DNA of 64,000 nucleotides from the human T2T-CHM13v2.0 reference genome, Homo sapiens, in assembly GCF_009914755.1 (NCBI RefSeq), contig NC_060926.1; one strand, 5' to 3'. Every line of letters begins with the position of its first letter. The stretch's first letter is position 1. Of the stretch, positions 13,887-27,752 are shown in pieces. The position numbers and the translations under genes are program-made. Below the pieces are notes generated by a model, which did not search any database, was not told the DNA's origin, and was given only the letters and a program-made list of their open reading frames with translations.

Positions 13887-14899
13887 AATCTGACTTCTTT
13901 TGTCTGTAGACGGGGGAATCCAGGGTGACTGGGTATAATCTGTATTATCTAGGTCCCTCAGACCACCTGGCTCATATCTGGCCCTGTGGGAACTTAGATT
14001 CTCTTCACTGTTCTATTTTGAATCAGCTCTGTCTGTGTCAGGTGCATGCTAAGAGCATTGACCAATATTATACCACTCTATCCTGGCAGGATTCTATTGG
14101 GTTAGTATTAGCTTTGTGTTACAAATCAGGGTCCTGAAGTTACCCCCAGCCCCCACAAAAAAACAAAAAAGGAGTGGCTTGCCCAGGGCAAATAGCTGAG
14201 TTCTCCAGATGATTCCAAACCTGGAGTTTGCCTTTTTTTTTTCTCTCTCTCTCTTCACAACTTATTTATTTGAAAGCTTGTTTAAATTTTAATGATTCTG
14301 TAACCTTTAATTAGAGTTTAAGAACATTTCAAGACACTATATTGCATCATAAACTGCTTAACAGAACACCTGCAAGCAACAGGGATGTATAATGCAAACT
14401 TGAACAAGTGGTTTAACCCCTATGTTTTTAACGTGGGATATTAGGGATAGTAAAATACTTAACTATGTTTCATTAGTCAGTTGCTTTAGTGGAGTATTTT
14501 TAAAGTGCTTAACATCTGGAACTTTTCATAGCAGCCCTATGAAGAAGTCAGTATTTTTACTGCTATTTTTCTAAATCAATAAACTAGAATAATGAAAACT
14601 TATGAATTGCTCAGAGAAAGGTAATTACTAGCAGAGAAAAGATTTGAGCCCTGAGCTACTGACACGTATTTCTGTTCTTAATCCACATTGTGTGTCTCTT
14701 CCAGTTTTGCTTTTACCATGGAGAAAGATAGTAGAACTCTGCTGAACATTAATATATCAGGCCTTTTATGTGCTAATGAGAGAGACTCTCTATTCATTAG
14801 ACACAGTTTGGACATGATTTGACCCGATGAATACAAGTACTTTATAATGAGTTTGAAAATCATATTTGTTCAATTTCTATACTTTTCATCTCCAGGTTC

Positions 14900-15830
14900 T
14901 TTAATCCTTTTTTAAATCTGCATTTAAAATTGAGTTCAATTTTCCTTTAGTCTTCAAAAGAAAATTAAAACCACCTGTATATAACCCTATAACCTCTCAG
15001 GTGTACTATTGCTAACCATTTTGTGTATATCCTTCCAGTCTTTTTTTCTATACATATAGATATATGTTTTTAAATGTAAGAATGAGATCATACTGTAAAT
15101 AATTTTGTATACCTTTTAATTAAGCAATATTTTGTGACTATCTTTTTATGTCATTATTTTTCTATGCCATTTTTCTAAATATAGATAGTTGTCATCCTTA
15201 AAAATAAAACATTCTCATTACAAAAAATTTTAATTACCACAAAAGGAGAAGAGAGCAAAGTTCACCTGGCATCTCACCACCATTAATAAATTTGTTTTTA
15301 AAATTTTAGAATTTATATATACATTTTTATGTTCATAAGATTTTATATAAATTAAATAATGTTACATGTGCTTTTTGGTAATATGCTGTTTTTCACTTGG
15401 TGGTATATTGTGAATATCTTTCCAAACTAATATATATATAGATAAAACTGCATCATCTTTTTTTTCTTCTAGATGTTTCCATAAACATTTACTGACTACT
15501 GGAAATGTGTCACATAGAGTACTGGGCAACAAGGGGGCAAAGATATGTGAGAAAGACACATTATCATTTTTAATGACTATTATATTAATAGATATGTCAT
15601 AATTATTTTCTCAGCCTCTACCTATTGGATATTTAGATTATTTCCACGGTTTTTTTCTTTTTTTTTTGCTATAACAAACACAATGGAGTGAATCAGCATC
15701 CTTCCAGCTAAATCTTTGCTCATGTATATGAAAATGTACACACTTTAAATTCCTAAAAATAGGCAAAGAATATGTAGTATGTTAATGCTTCTGATGTGTA
15801 TTCCCAAATTACTCTCCTATTGTCTCAATT
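14900..15830 (-). mobile_element. Old L1M/L1ME 3' fragments (approximate)
   Basis: AT-rich degraded L1 3'UTR-like motifs (gtatatccttccagtc, ttggatatttagattatttcc, taaatctttg). Confidence 0.5.
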
Positions 15831-15949
15831 TAGTGCTTTGTGATTAAACTCTGCCATATTCTTGTTTGTACAACTCCAGGCTGGCCTTCAGTTTAGTAAG
15901 TGATCACAACGAAGTCAATACTATTTTGAATTTTAATAACTCTCTTTGA

Positions 15950-16355
<406 letters not shown>

Positions 16356-16477
16356 TATTTATTTCATTTCACATATAGGAGAAATCAAGGTACAGGGAGG
16401 TCTAATAACTGCCCGAGATCCTGCATATACTGGTAGACATTTGGAGGAAGTCCGTGTAGCACTGATGTAATGGACAT

Positions 16478-16895
16478 TGTGGTTGATTTGCCAACATTCA
16501 TGCCTTATTACTCGGTCATTCTAGCCACTCGTAGTAATTAGCCTCACTTGCCAAAGACTGGTTCTGCAACGCCAGACTCTAGCTAGACTGGGCCAATGGA
16601 ATTCAAAGAGAGGCTTCCTGGGCTTTTGGGTGAAAACCTTTTTAACATTTAGGAGAAAAAAACAGGAAGCCTATAACTCCAATTGCCAGCAGCAGCTATC
16701 TTACAACCATGATGGGAATGAACCCCAAGATAAAGCTGAAATGAGGAGACAGGAAAAACAGGGGTCTGTGATAACATCATTAGCATTTGACTGGTCCTGA
16801 AGCTTACTCTGCCAATAGATTATCTTTTTATGTCAATGAATGTAGGTGTTTGTTGTTTAGGACAGATTCTTACTGCAGCTAAAAGAATCTTAAGT
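16478..16895 (+). mobile_element. Old MaLR LTR (MLT1H/I/J-like)
   Basis: ctgggccaatgg...cagctatcttacaaccatga...ttactgcagctaaaagaatc motifs. Boundaries approximate. Confidence 0.55.
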
Positions 16896-18493
16896 ATGAA
16901 TGGCTGATATTTAAACTTACAGAAATTTTAAAAAGCAATAATTTTGGACAGTTTTTTTTGTTAGTATACTAATTTTCTTTAGCTTAGTATTCAACACAAA
17001 TTTTGTGCTTTTGGCCTGGAAATAATGAGTTTAGTTTCTTGAATTAAGAAGAAAAAAATATAGAACATGGATTTGCCACTAAGTTTTAGCTAAATCCACC
17101 TTTTCTGTGTTTCATCCCTGTATAGAAGCAAACACAACAGCTTCCCTCACTGAAAAATTAGGGTCCCTGTCATAAAAATCTTTGTGAAATTGATCTGGAG
17201 ATGTTCTCTTTATAAGTTGACTTGGGTTTTATAAGTGGAACATTTATCAAAATCTGCTTTTCTTTTTGATGAAAGATTCACATAATAGCAGCAGGTTCAT
17301 ATTCTTTAAATGAAGCCAAGTTTTTAGGAACATTTTTTAGATTTCTAAGAAAAACTTTCAACTTAAATTTTGTTGAAACCAGATTTTGTCATCATAGTCC
17401 CCATCTGATTCTGAAAAGTGTTTGATCCATATGTCACCGTCAGAGGAATTTGCTTCTGCAGATATGCAATTTGAGTTTGTTTCCATGAGGAAGACTTTGT
17501 TTGGTGATGTTATGAACATGATATGCTTTTTGGGAAAAAAATGACTGTCATCAGATATGCTAAAAAATATTTCATATACATGTTCTCGGCCTCATATCAA
17601 CACTATGTACTCTTTTAGTCTTGTTTTTCACAATAGGGAAAGTGAGCTTGAGCAGCTAGGTAATTGGCCCCTAGCTACCTAGCTAGTAAATGTTAGAACA
17701 AGATTTGAACCCAAGCAGTGTATTGCATTAGGGCACGTCCTAACTGCTGTGCTATGAGTACAAGCCCTTGGCTTGAGACTTAAAAGGAGAATAGCCAGGA
17801 ACTAGAGACTTCTAAAAACACAGAGGATTCTGAAAATCAGTGGGAAAAATATTCTGAGCAAGAAAATGGGAGATATGTAAAGAAATTGATGGTACAGAAG
17901 GCGCTCCTATGAGCTCAAAGTTAGTAGGTACACACAAACAAAGGAGCAGCCTGTGTGGATAGGAGTAACATCACAGACTTAAACCCAGAAATGCCAGGTC
18001 TTATGAAAAATTCCACAACAGTCCATTGAAAATATTTTAAATGACTTCCAGAGAAGAATCAGTAATAACATTGGTGGCTAAGATTTACTGAATACTTAAT
18101 ATGTTTCAGATACATGTTTTACCTGTATTATCTCATTTCATCCTTGACAGCAATCTTATGAAGTTTACTGATGAGGAAACCAAGGCTCTAAATGGTCAAT
18201 TAACTTACCAAAGATCATACAGTTTTTATATAAGTAGGGAAGCCAGGATGGGACCTAAGTAGTGTAATTTCAGAACTTGCATTTTATGAACATGCCATAT
18301 GAAGGAAGAAATAGACGCAGTGGTCAGAATGTCAGGCTGCTCCACAAAGACAAGAAGCCCAGATTATAGTAAAAAAAAGCAAAAGCTCTGAAGTAAAAAG
18401 ACCTGTGTTTAAGACCTGTGTCCTATAAGCTATATTACTCAGCAATTATGCTTAACCTCTCCAAGCCCCTTCTGTAAAATAGGGGTAATTATA

Positions 18494-18850
18494 TGATACG
18501 GTCTGGCTCTATGTCCCCACCCAAATCTCATCTCGAATTGTAATCTGAATTTTAATCCCCATGTGTTGGGGGCAGAACTGTGTGGGAGGTGATTAGATCG
18601 GGTGTGGCCCCCCCATGCTGTTCTCGTGATAGTGAGTGAGTTCTCATGAGATCTGATGGTTTTATAAGGGGCATTTCCCACCTTCACTTGGCACTTCTCC
18701 TTCTTGGTGCCATGTGAAGGACATGATGGTTCCCCTTCCACCATGATTGTAAGTTTCCTGAGGCCTCCCCAGCCCTGTGGAACTCTTTCCTTTATAAATT
18801 ATCCTAGAGTTGAGCAGTTCTTTACAGCAGTGTGAGAATGGACTAATACA
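18494..18850 (+). mobile_element. MaLR solo LTR (THE1/MSTA-like) inserted into a MIR
   Basis: TG...CA termini (tgatacggtctggctct...ggactaataca). Perfect 5-bp TSD TTATA at 18489-18493 and 18851-18855. MIR core continues on both sides. Confidence 0.92.
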
Positions 18851-20020
18851 TTATACTTGCCCTACCCACTTTACCAGGTTGTTGTGAAAATCAAATGAGG
18901 TTATGTGTGTGAACATACGTTATAAACCTTAAAGTCCCATATATATGTTGCTGTTATTATTATACCATCAGGAGAGGAATATGGCATGTTATAAAGAATA
19001 TACAAAAGCTTTGTCTTGTCAGTGGGCAGATGACCCCCAAAGTTTGTTTTCAGCTGCAAGCAGAGATCTTGTATGCAAAGCAGGGTTTTAAAAAACAACA
19101 ACATTGAAGAGTATCAGTTTGAATGTTGTTAAGTGTTTTATAAATAGCTGCATAATTAGCATGTACTTACTGCAAAAAGTATACATAATATTTTATTCCC
19201 TGTTGTAGGCTGTAATGAATCTGCTGCCTCTACATCCTGGGAGGTTTTCACTTACTTTCCCCATGATAATTTTAATACATGGAACCATTATTAGCTGAAT
19301 TAAGAATAAGTAAATGAGCAGTTAAAAAAAAGTACAGAAAAATTACAGGTGCCTGTGGTGAGTAAGATAATAACTAGGTAAAAATATATGAAATAATTAC
19401 AGTGTTTGAACGGCAGAGCCGGCATGAGGAAAATGACTCAATGGAATATTAAGCCTGATGTTGGCAGGGTAGAAAAACTGTAGCCTACACTGTGGCCTTC
19501 ACCTCTTCTGATTCTCAGCCCTAAAGCCTCACTGCAAACAGATCCAATCTGCTCTCAGTCACATGTACACAATGCTGAAGGAGGTGGTTCAGTTCCGAGA
19601 AGATTTAGTCACTCTGAAAGTTTGTCATCCTGTAGATTAAATACCCAATAACTGAAAGATTCTATTTAAAAGATGTACCAGATGTTTTACAATTAAATTC
19701 TTTATGAATTTATTTAGAATGTACCTCTGATCTGTATTTGACATCTTGACAAGATGGGATTCCGGGTAACTTAATTAAAGGCTCTTAAATAGCTGTGATA
19801 TTTTTAAAGGTTTTTTGTTTTTTTAGAAAAGTGCATTAGATACAGCATTCCAAACAGTGCAAATAAATTATCTGTAATCAGTTGATTAAAAAATATTGAA
19901 GGCTTTTGTGTGCCCAGTCTTTAGCTAGAAAGTGCAGGAATTAACAGTGAGTTTACGACCTCGTTCCTTCTGTTAAGGATTTTGATTTAATGCTTCCAGA
20001 TGGTGAGAAATACTTTATTA

Positions 20021-20194
20021 CAGTTTAAGTATTCCTAATCTGAAAATCCAAAATCCAAAATGCTCCAAAATTCGAAGTTTTTTTAGCTCTCATACCAGTA
20101 GGTATAATGCAAACATTCCAAAATCCAAAAAAAAAATCTGAAATCCAAAACCACTTCTGGTCCCAAGCCTTTGGGAAAAGAGATACTCAACTGT
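20021..20194. mobile_element. Tigger4/MER46-like DNA transposon derivative
   Basis: Terminal inverted repeats cagtttaagtattc...gatactcaactg; internal aaatccaaaatgctccaaaa and cttctggtcccaagc. Confidence 0.75.
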
Positions 20195-21697
20195 GTAAGC
20201 AAAACTTCAAGTTGGAATTTGAATGATCAGATTTAACAGTGTCTGCTCAGTCGCAGTGAGCCCCTGCTTTCCTAATTGACAGGTATTAAACTATAGCAGA
20301 TGGGATCTCGTTCAGGTATTAACGATTTCTGTGCCTCTCTATCAGATTATGAAGGCTGTAATAGTTAACTCTTGATTTTCTGCATGTGCTTTGTTATCAG
20401 GATTTGGGGGATCAATTTCTACATCTCAGATGGATTTTCCTATTTCCCAACAAACTTTGAAGTCATCTGACTCTGCTGTATAATCTATGTTTGCATAAAG
20501 AAAGTAATGTTAACATCAGACAAAACACAACAACATAGGTAAAAAGAGTACTGGGGAGGAAAATAAGAGAACTGAGTTCTAGTTCCAAGAATTCCTTTGA
20601 TAAATTTGGAAAAATCACTTAAACTCATTCTGCCTCAGTTTTCTTACCTCTAAGGTGATGGAGTTGAAGGAAATGTAATCAAAGGGCTCTTGAAACAGAG
20701 ATCCTGTGATTCCATGACTTACCTGAAATCAACTCAAATGTGTCAGTGATAAGTTTGGCCACTTAAATTATATGGCCTTTCCTTAATGGTGTTTAAAATA
20801 CTAATTCAGTAAGTAATTTTAGATTGCCTTACAGACTTTTAAAAAACTAGAACTTTATGAGATATAGGAACCATGTTGTCTTTCTGCATCTCTTTCCCTA
20901 TGAGTTCAGGCAGCCATATTGCTTCTTTCCTGGACCCAACTGTCATATCATGAGTCATGGCCTTATTCAATAAAAGCACTTCTTGATCATGCATTATTCC
21001 AATTTTAGCCAGAGACGGCTTCTTCAACCTTCCTGATGTGTCTGAATTTATGAACATGCTGTATTTGAAATGTTACTCTTTTTAGATTGCACTTTTGACA
21101 TCATATTGAGACAAGGGAACTAGTAGGATATTCTTTATTCCTTGGCTGCTACCTGAAGGGAATATAGTTTTTCCCCCTTCCTACCTTTTTTGTAGGAGTT
21201 AAATAAAAGCTAAAAATTACAAACTTTCTAAAAGCCTGGGGAGATTGTTATGGGAATGAATAGAAACATCAGCATCTGATCTGTAACCATTTCAGGTATA
21301 ATCAATTGTATACAAAGTTCTCTCTGTGTTTCTTAAGAACCTGATTCAACAGACATTTCAGAAGGGGAACCCTATGTGTTGCCTCTGGAGGAGCAGAATC
21401 CTTTAGCAATGCCTGGATTCAGCTATAAAAGAAGTATCACCCCCACCCTCACTTTAGTAAATAAACATCCATGAGGGGACAAATGAGACTTTGTGAAATA
21501 AGTCAGCGCTTCCTTTTATTTTCCCAGGGGTAAAAATACTGAACTTTCGTGAGAAAAGGGAGAAAGCCTTTCCCAGTCCCTCCGGATTTGGTCAATTCTA
21601 TCTCCCTAGAGGCTGTGGGGTTCTTCATCAAAGACAAGGGGTGCTCAGCCCTGGTGACTAAACATGCTGAATCAGCTGCGGGAACCTTGGAACTTCA

Positions 21698-21704
21698 GCG
21701 CGCG

Positions 21705-21758
<54 letters not shown>
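21698..21758. repeat. Compound (CG)7(CA)22 microsatellite
   Basis: Read directly from the sequence. Confidence 0.97.
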
Positions 21759-21761
<3 letters not shown>

Positions 21762-22389
21762 TCTCTTTCCCATTAGGCTTTTTGCTTTCCAGATGCATTT
21801 ATTCTTAATAATTTCATGAACCCAAGCACTAAGGTCTAGTTGCTATAGCTGCTGGTTAGGATAGTGGGGGTGGGAATAGTGGAAAGAGCCCTGTCTGAAT
21901 TTGCAAGCCCTGCCATTTATTCACTCAACAACCTTGGCCAGATCTCTTCTCTCTGAATCTCCTTTTCCCCACCGGTAAATATTTCCTCCTCAGGTTTGTA
22001 GAAAGCATCATTTGATAGCATAAGAATATTGACTTATTTTATGAATTGTAAAGCTCTATACACATGTTATCATAACAAGTAGGAAAGAATCTTTCCTCTC
22101 TCTCTCTCTCCCCCCACTCCTCCTTTCTCTCTTACACATGTGAATACCTCCTTTCCAACATGTTGTCCAATGTAATATTTCAGATGAATAGGACTGTGCC
22201 CATTGTATCACCAGAACCTAGCATGGTGCTTTACTCAAAGTAGTCGGTTAATTAATAATTAGTGAATCAATTGGATCAATTTGAATAGTTTCTTTGCCTA
22301 AGTACTTGTAAAGCATTTTGATGTATTTTCTCTGAAAAGCATATTAATTCATTTGAAAATATATTTATTTCTTAAAAACCACATTAGCA

Positions 22390-22408
22390 GACTCCGTCTC
22401 AAAAAAAA
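22390..22408 (+). mobile_element. Extremely 5'-truncated Alu (last 11 nt plus poly-A)
   Basis: GACTCCGTCTC+A-run between identical AAAAACCACATTAGCA copies at 22374-22389 and 22409-22424. Confidence 0.88.
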
Positions 22409-25011
22409 AAAAACCACATTAGCACCTTAATTGTCCTATCTTGGGGTTATTTTTCTAAATTGAGGCTAAGTGTTCACCACTCTATTACTACCAGCTCAGT
22501 AAAAGCTTCCCTTTCCTCTCTATGCTGTTTCCATCTTTGAGTGATTCAAAATATGCTCATGTTGCATGTGTAGTGAAATATTTTTAAGATTGTAGTTTAT
22601 AGAGTAACTTAGGGCACAGTGTGACATTCTTTTAAATTGGCATGATCTGAGAGAGAATTAAATTTGCTCATTTTTCACAGTACAAGGCCATCAGAAAGGT
22701 TGTCTTTCACAGGCACTATCACTTAGACTTAGAAGAGGGACTAGAGGGAAGAAGCCTAGCCTCAGGTACCCGGTGAGGAACACGCATGGTCCATAGTGGC
22801 ATCAGGATATTTGGGACAGCAGTCTAGGGAGCGAGCCCAGCCTAATGGGAGCTTTGACACATACCGTACTCAGAATTCAGAATCTCCACTGACTCTTACA
22901 TTTATAGGGGTTGGCATTCCTCAGCCCACACCCCTACTCCCCACCTTGGCCATTCTTACTTTCTCCATTTGGCTCCTATGCCATGGAAATGAAAAAGATA
23001 GCACCTGCCAAAGCCTGATGTCATCCAAGTTTCTGCACAAACACAAGATACCATAAAACTAAACCAAAGAAAGCACAGTGGCAACGTAGCATTGTATTTT
23101 CATTATGTTAGTTTGTGGCACCTATCTGATTCTCCTTCGGTTCACCTTGCCTTAGCGTTATTAAATGCGGTAGCTGAAAGAGAATTTGGAAATGATTTCT
23201 TCTCACCTCCTCATTTCATGGAGAGTAAATGGAAGTCTACAGTGGCTAAGTGACTTACACAATATCACATAGCTAAATGGTGGCAGCTAGAGGACTTGAA
23301 CCCAGATCCTCCCACTCTCGGGTGAACCAGTACATATTTTTCAATCAGTCAAGACTTTCCTATTTGGTACCTACCATGCATCTGACTATGCTCCTACGTG
23401 CCATTAAAAAATGGTCATAAAATATAATGTCCAGCATTGCAACTCTTTGGAAAGAAAAACTCAGTTATAAATGCATGCAAGCAAGAGACCAAAGAGTTAA
23501 TCAGAAAAGAAATAATTTTCACATAAAGCGATCTTTCTTCCTTTCTTCATTGTGAGCTGAGAGAGGATTGTAGCAATACAGGTTGAGCAATTTTCTTTTT
23601 TATGAATCTCGTGCTCAATTTATGAAAGCCATTTTGCAACCCATTTACATGCAGTAAACCTTTGCCTTAAAGTTCTGTCATTTACCTTGATCATGATTAT
23701 TTATAGTCCTTTTAGACAAGGCTCTTTACTGGTTTAGCTCTCAAGCACAGCACTGTCACAAGCCAGTTTTCTACGTCTTTCAAGGCAGGGTAGGAAGCTA
23801 AGACAGGGCCAGTCTTGTAGCTCGCTGTGAGGAATGGGGGCTTTGGGTAATGGGAAGAACACTAGTTGGCATCAGGAGTCTTGCATTCGCAACCTCTGCA
23901 CTCTCACTCTGTAATCCTGGCCATTTATGCTTCTTTAGTTTCAGTTTGTTCACTTATAGAAATGGAGCGACACTTTCATCACAAGGCTATAAAGTGGAGT
24001 TGAAGTGAAGTACTTTGTGTGCAAGTTATATTGTAAATAGTGAAGAGTAAGTTGTTTTATGAACTAATTATCTATAATATGAACTATAAATCATTGAAAA
24101 AGGAATGGTGTGTCTAACCTAAAATATTTCTTGATTACCTGTGATGTTGTGCCTCCTGTAGAGCATACAAGAATGGACCAGGGACCTTTACTCTTGGCAC
24201 ATAGGAGACTCTCAATCAGTACTTGTTGCATTAATGAATAAATACAGTTTCTGGGTGAAAGTCAGTATCCTAGGCGTAGTGTAGAATACAGGACAAATGA
24301 CCATCATCCCAAGCCTCAAGGTGCTTACAATTAAGATGGTAGCCATAAATGTGCAAAGAGCCAGTAAGGTAAGTCATGGTTCTACACAAGAGAAGAAGAT
24401 ATGGTGTAAAAATGTGTCTGAGGCCCTCACCAGAGAATTGGTACAGCAGGAGCCTTTCCTCTTCCTACCTCTGGGTGAGTTTATCTACCTCCAGCCTCTC
24501 TTGCCCACCCATGCACTCTTTGTATCAGCCATGGTCCCAGCAGGACTAGATGCCCTGCTGGGCATTCAGTTTTACTGAAATGCATGTAACAAAGGGGATT
24601 ACAGAGATTCGGGCAGAATTTTGGAAACCAACAACGGGTGGAAATGCACCCAGAGAGAAGCAATGGCAAGAAACATTACCACCCAGAGTAGCAAAGGGCA
24701 AGGCAGATCCTGGCAGAGAATGACAGCTAGAGCTAGACACAAGAATCCTTGTCCACACCAAGTCCAGGAGGAGTCTGTGAAAGTCTAATCCCTTGGGCAA
24801 CTATCAGGCCAGAGTCAGCAGGAGTAAACAAGGAATTGCATGCATTCGGCACAGACACTTTCTGTGGGGTTTTTCATGAGGGCCTAGGGGAGGAATTCTA
24901 TCCATCTAAAAGCCTGGCTTTCTGAAGCTGGGATCTGTCACTCTTTACCTTTGAAAGTAGCATGTGAAATGAGTGTGAAATGGCTCAATTTCTTCCTTGA
25001 CTCCTCGGCAC

Positions 25012-25162
25012 CTACCACGCACAGCCTTCACAAGGTACAGAACAGGAGAAAATGGATTATGCCCTCAACAATAAGAGGCGAGTCATCCGCCTGGTTCTAC
25101 AGTGGGCTGCCATGTATGGAGACCTCCTGCAAGAGGATGACGTGTCTATGGCCTTCCTGGAG
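25012..25162 (+). CDS. RAPGEF4: RAPGEF4 exon (~18), REM domain
   Basis: ac|C TAC CAC ... CTG GAG|gtaggc. [50 protein letters not shown]. 151 nt. Confidence 0.96.
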
Positions 25163-26574
25163 GTAGGCAGGGGTCATCTCTTCCAAGAATATACTGTTGT
25201 CCTGCAATACAGGGACCTACTTATAGGCTCAGCAGCTTCCCTGGAGAGACCGTAATTGCAAATGCTAGACTTTGTGAACACATTCATTCATCAGAAAGGA
25301 ACTACAGAAAAAGTAAGGAAAAAATTTACCCATTATTCTGCCATTCTGACTCCCTAATGGGTAGCATTTTCATGTATTTTCATCTAGTCTCTTTTTCTTT
25401 GTATGTTTTATCTTGTAGTCACGTAGCACCCATCATTCTGCAGGCTGCTTTTTCCATTTATTTGATATAAGGATTTTTCTGTCAGTACAGTCCTTATAAT
25501 AAAAATTTATTTACATCTCCTGAAGTAATCAAAAAAATATCTAATGACCATTGAGTAGCCATGTCACAGATATATTTATGTGTTCCCTTATTGTTGAGTG
25601 TTCACATCATTTCCAGTTTTCACCTTCCTAGAATAGTAGTACGGTAAAAAGTCTTGTGCAAGTGATTCTGTCCTTGATTACCTTCCTAGAAATGGGATTA
25701 CTAGATCAAATGGTAGATATTTTTGAGTGGAGTGGAGCAGATCATTTATTTAGGAATTGCTAGAACTGGAAATGGTAGGCTGTGAAAGTGGTTCATAAAC
25801 ACTGTTGAAAGCTGCACTTCCCCGTTCCTTCCCGTAGCTCTAGCCCCAAATTACAGCACTGATTCTGACATTTAAGCTCAATTAGTCGCTCTCCCCTCCA
25901 AAATTTGGATGAAGACCTGACTTCTGTTCAGGCAAAAGGCAATGTTACTTCCGTTTCAAACTTTTTCAGTCTGTGTTCTAAAATTATAAATTATCCAAAA
26001 GAAACATACACCGTCTCTCCTTTCTATTCATATCATTTCACAGCCAGAGGTGCGAGGCAGTGAGGAAAGATGGACCGAGAGCATCCCTCCAAGCTGAGGA
26101 ATGAAGTATTTTGAAAATGCGAGGAATGGCGGTAGCTTGGGGTCATACATTGACTCATGGCCTCTACCCGCTGAGTACAGGACCATTTTGTAGATGAACT
26201 AAAGTGGTGGTGTAGCTGGCACTGCCATGGTTCTCACCTTCTGCTGCAGAGCAGGCACACCTACAGCTGCAGGGTCAGGACAGTTCCCAGAAGGGCATCA
26301 GAGAGTCCTGAGTTGGTGGCACAAACTCATCATAAATTCGCTACAGTGCTGAAGACCATGCTGCATCTTACCACCAACCATGACCCAGAATGAGTGACAC
26401 CTAGTCAATAAACAATACATACCAAAATAATGTGAAAACGAACATTAAAATTCCCCTGAGAAAAATGAACTAAAAAAAGCACTCTTTTGTGGACTCCAAA
26501 ATGACCCATTTCAAAACATTGGCTTTCATATAAATATCATATAAACAGTTCACCTGCAATTTACTTTGAATTGA

Positions 26575-26715
26575 ATTTTTATTGTTGTAAAATAGATATC
26601 TAATATAAATTTTCCCATTGTAACCATTTTTAGGTGTATAGTTCAGTGGCATTCATTTCATTTCTGATATCCGTGCAGTCATTGATTGCCACTATTTCCA
26701 AAATTTTTTCTCATG
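26575..26715 (-). mobile_element. L1M 3'-end fragment
   Basis: ttattgttgtaaaata...taaccatttttaggtgtatagttcagtggcatt, typical antisense L1MB/MC end. Confidence 0.65.
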
Positions 26716-26896
26716 GCCAATTTTGAACTTAGACATAGTGTAACATTTTCTTCTTTGTTCTTCCTCCAGTCCATGAAGCCATGGTCTGGAGATGCTGGTG
26801 AAGCAGATGACATAGGGACACATCTTTATTGCTCTTGACAGAATCATGTGCCTTTTGCAGTTCTTGTTAAAAGCCTGTGACTTTTGCCAATTACAG

Positions 26897-26985
26897 GAGT
26901 TTTATGTATCTGTATCAGATGATGCCCGGATGATTGCTGCCCTCAAGGAGCAACTGCCAGAGTTGGAGAAGATTGTCAAGCAAAT
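26897..26985 (+). CDS. RAPGEF4: RAPGEF4 exon (~19)
   Basis: ttacag|GAG TTT ... CAA AT|gtaagg. [29 protein letters not shown](I). 89 nt. Confidence 0.96.
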
Positions 26986-27721
26986 GTAAGGAAGGGCTTG
27001 ACTGTGGGGGTGTGCTTTCATCAAGTAAATCTCAAAAAGTCCTTTGCCCACAAGAAAGGTTAAAGCTGGTCTTTCCATAGCCATGCCCCGCTTGATTTGA
27101 TTTAAGCAGACTGGGCTGAGGGCATAGGTGGTGCAGTAAGGCCAGAGGAACAGAAGGACTGAGATTCTGTTCATTCTGTGCTAGAGGGCTGCCAAAAGAT
27201 AGCCTGGGAAAGAAAAGATCCTCCTGGGTGGAGTCCAACTCAATAAACCTGGGTCCCTTAGGTTCAAGGCAGTGAATCTGGCAATAAAATGGCCAGCGGC
27301 ATTTAAAGAAAGTTTGAGGGCAACTACTTATATGGAAAATTCACTAACTGCTGCCAAAGCTGTTGGTGGTGAATATTTGTGTCCTCTCAATGAACCAGAA
27401 GGTTTTCACATGCTATTACTTGAACTATAGATTAAATGCAGTATCAGAGAGTGAGTGTGCTGCTAGATAGACTTTGAAAGCTAGAAATCCTGGCTTTGAA
27501 CATCGGTTCTGCCAGGAATCTGCCTGTGACAAGAGCTGATATCTTTGCTGTCTACCCTTCTGCTTTGATCTATTACTATTAAAATGAGGAAGCTCATATT
27601 GTCTCCTGAAAGGATTCTGTGATTGTGATTTCATTTTCTAACATAAGATTAGTTATATACAAATAAGGCAATTTAATAGTAGCAATGGTATTAAATAATG
27701 TGCTTTCTCTACTTCTCGTAG

Positions 27722-27752
27722 CTCAGAAGATGCAAAGGCACCACAAAAGAAG
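27722..27752 (+). CDS. RAPGEF4: RAPGEF4 small exon (~20), 31 nt
   Basis: ctcgtag|C TCA GAA ... AAG AAG|gtaggt. (I)SEDAKAPQKK. Needed to keep frame between the flanking exons. Confidence 0.94.

Noticed and set aside
15027-15034. Second ATATCCTT U12-donor-like motif
   Set aside because: Sits in degraded L1M sequence with no exon upstream; probably a repeat-derived chance match.
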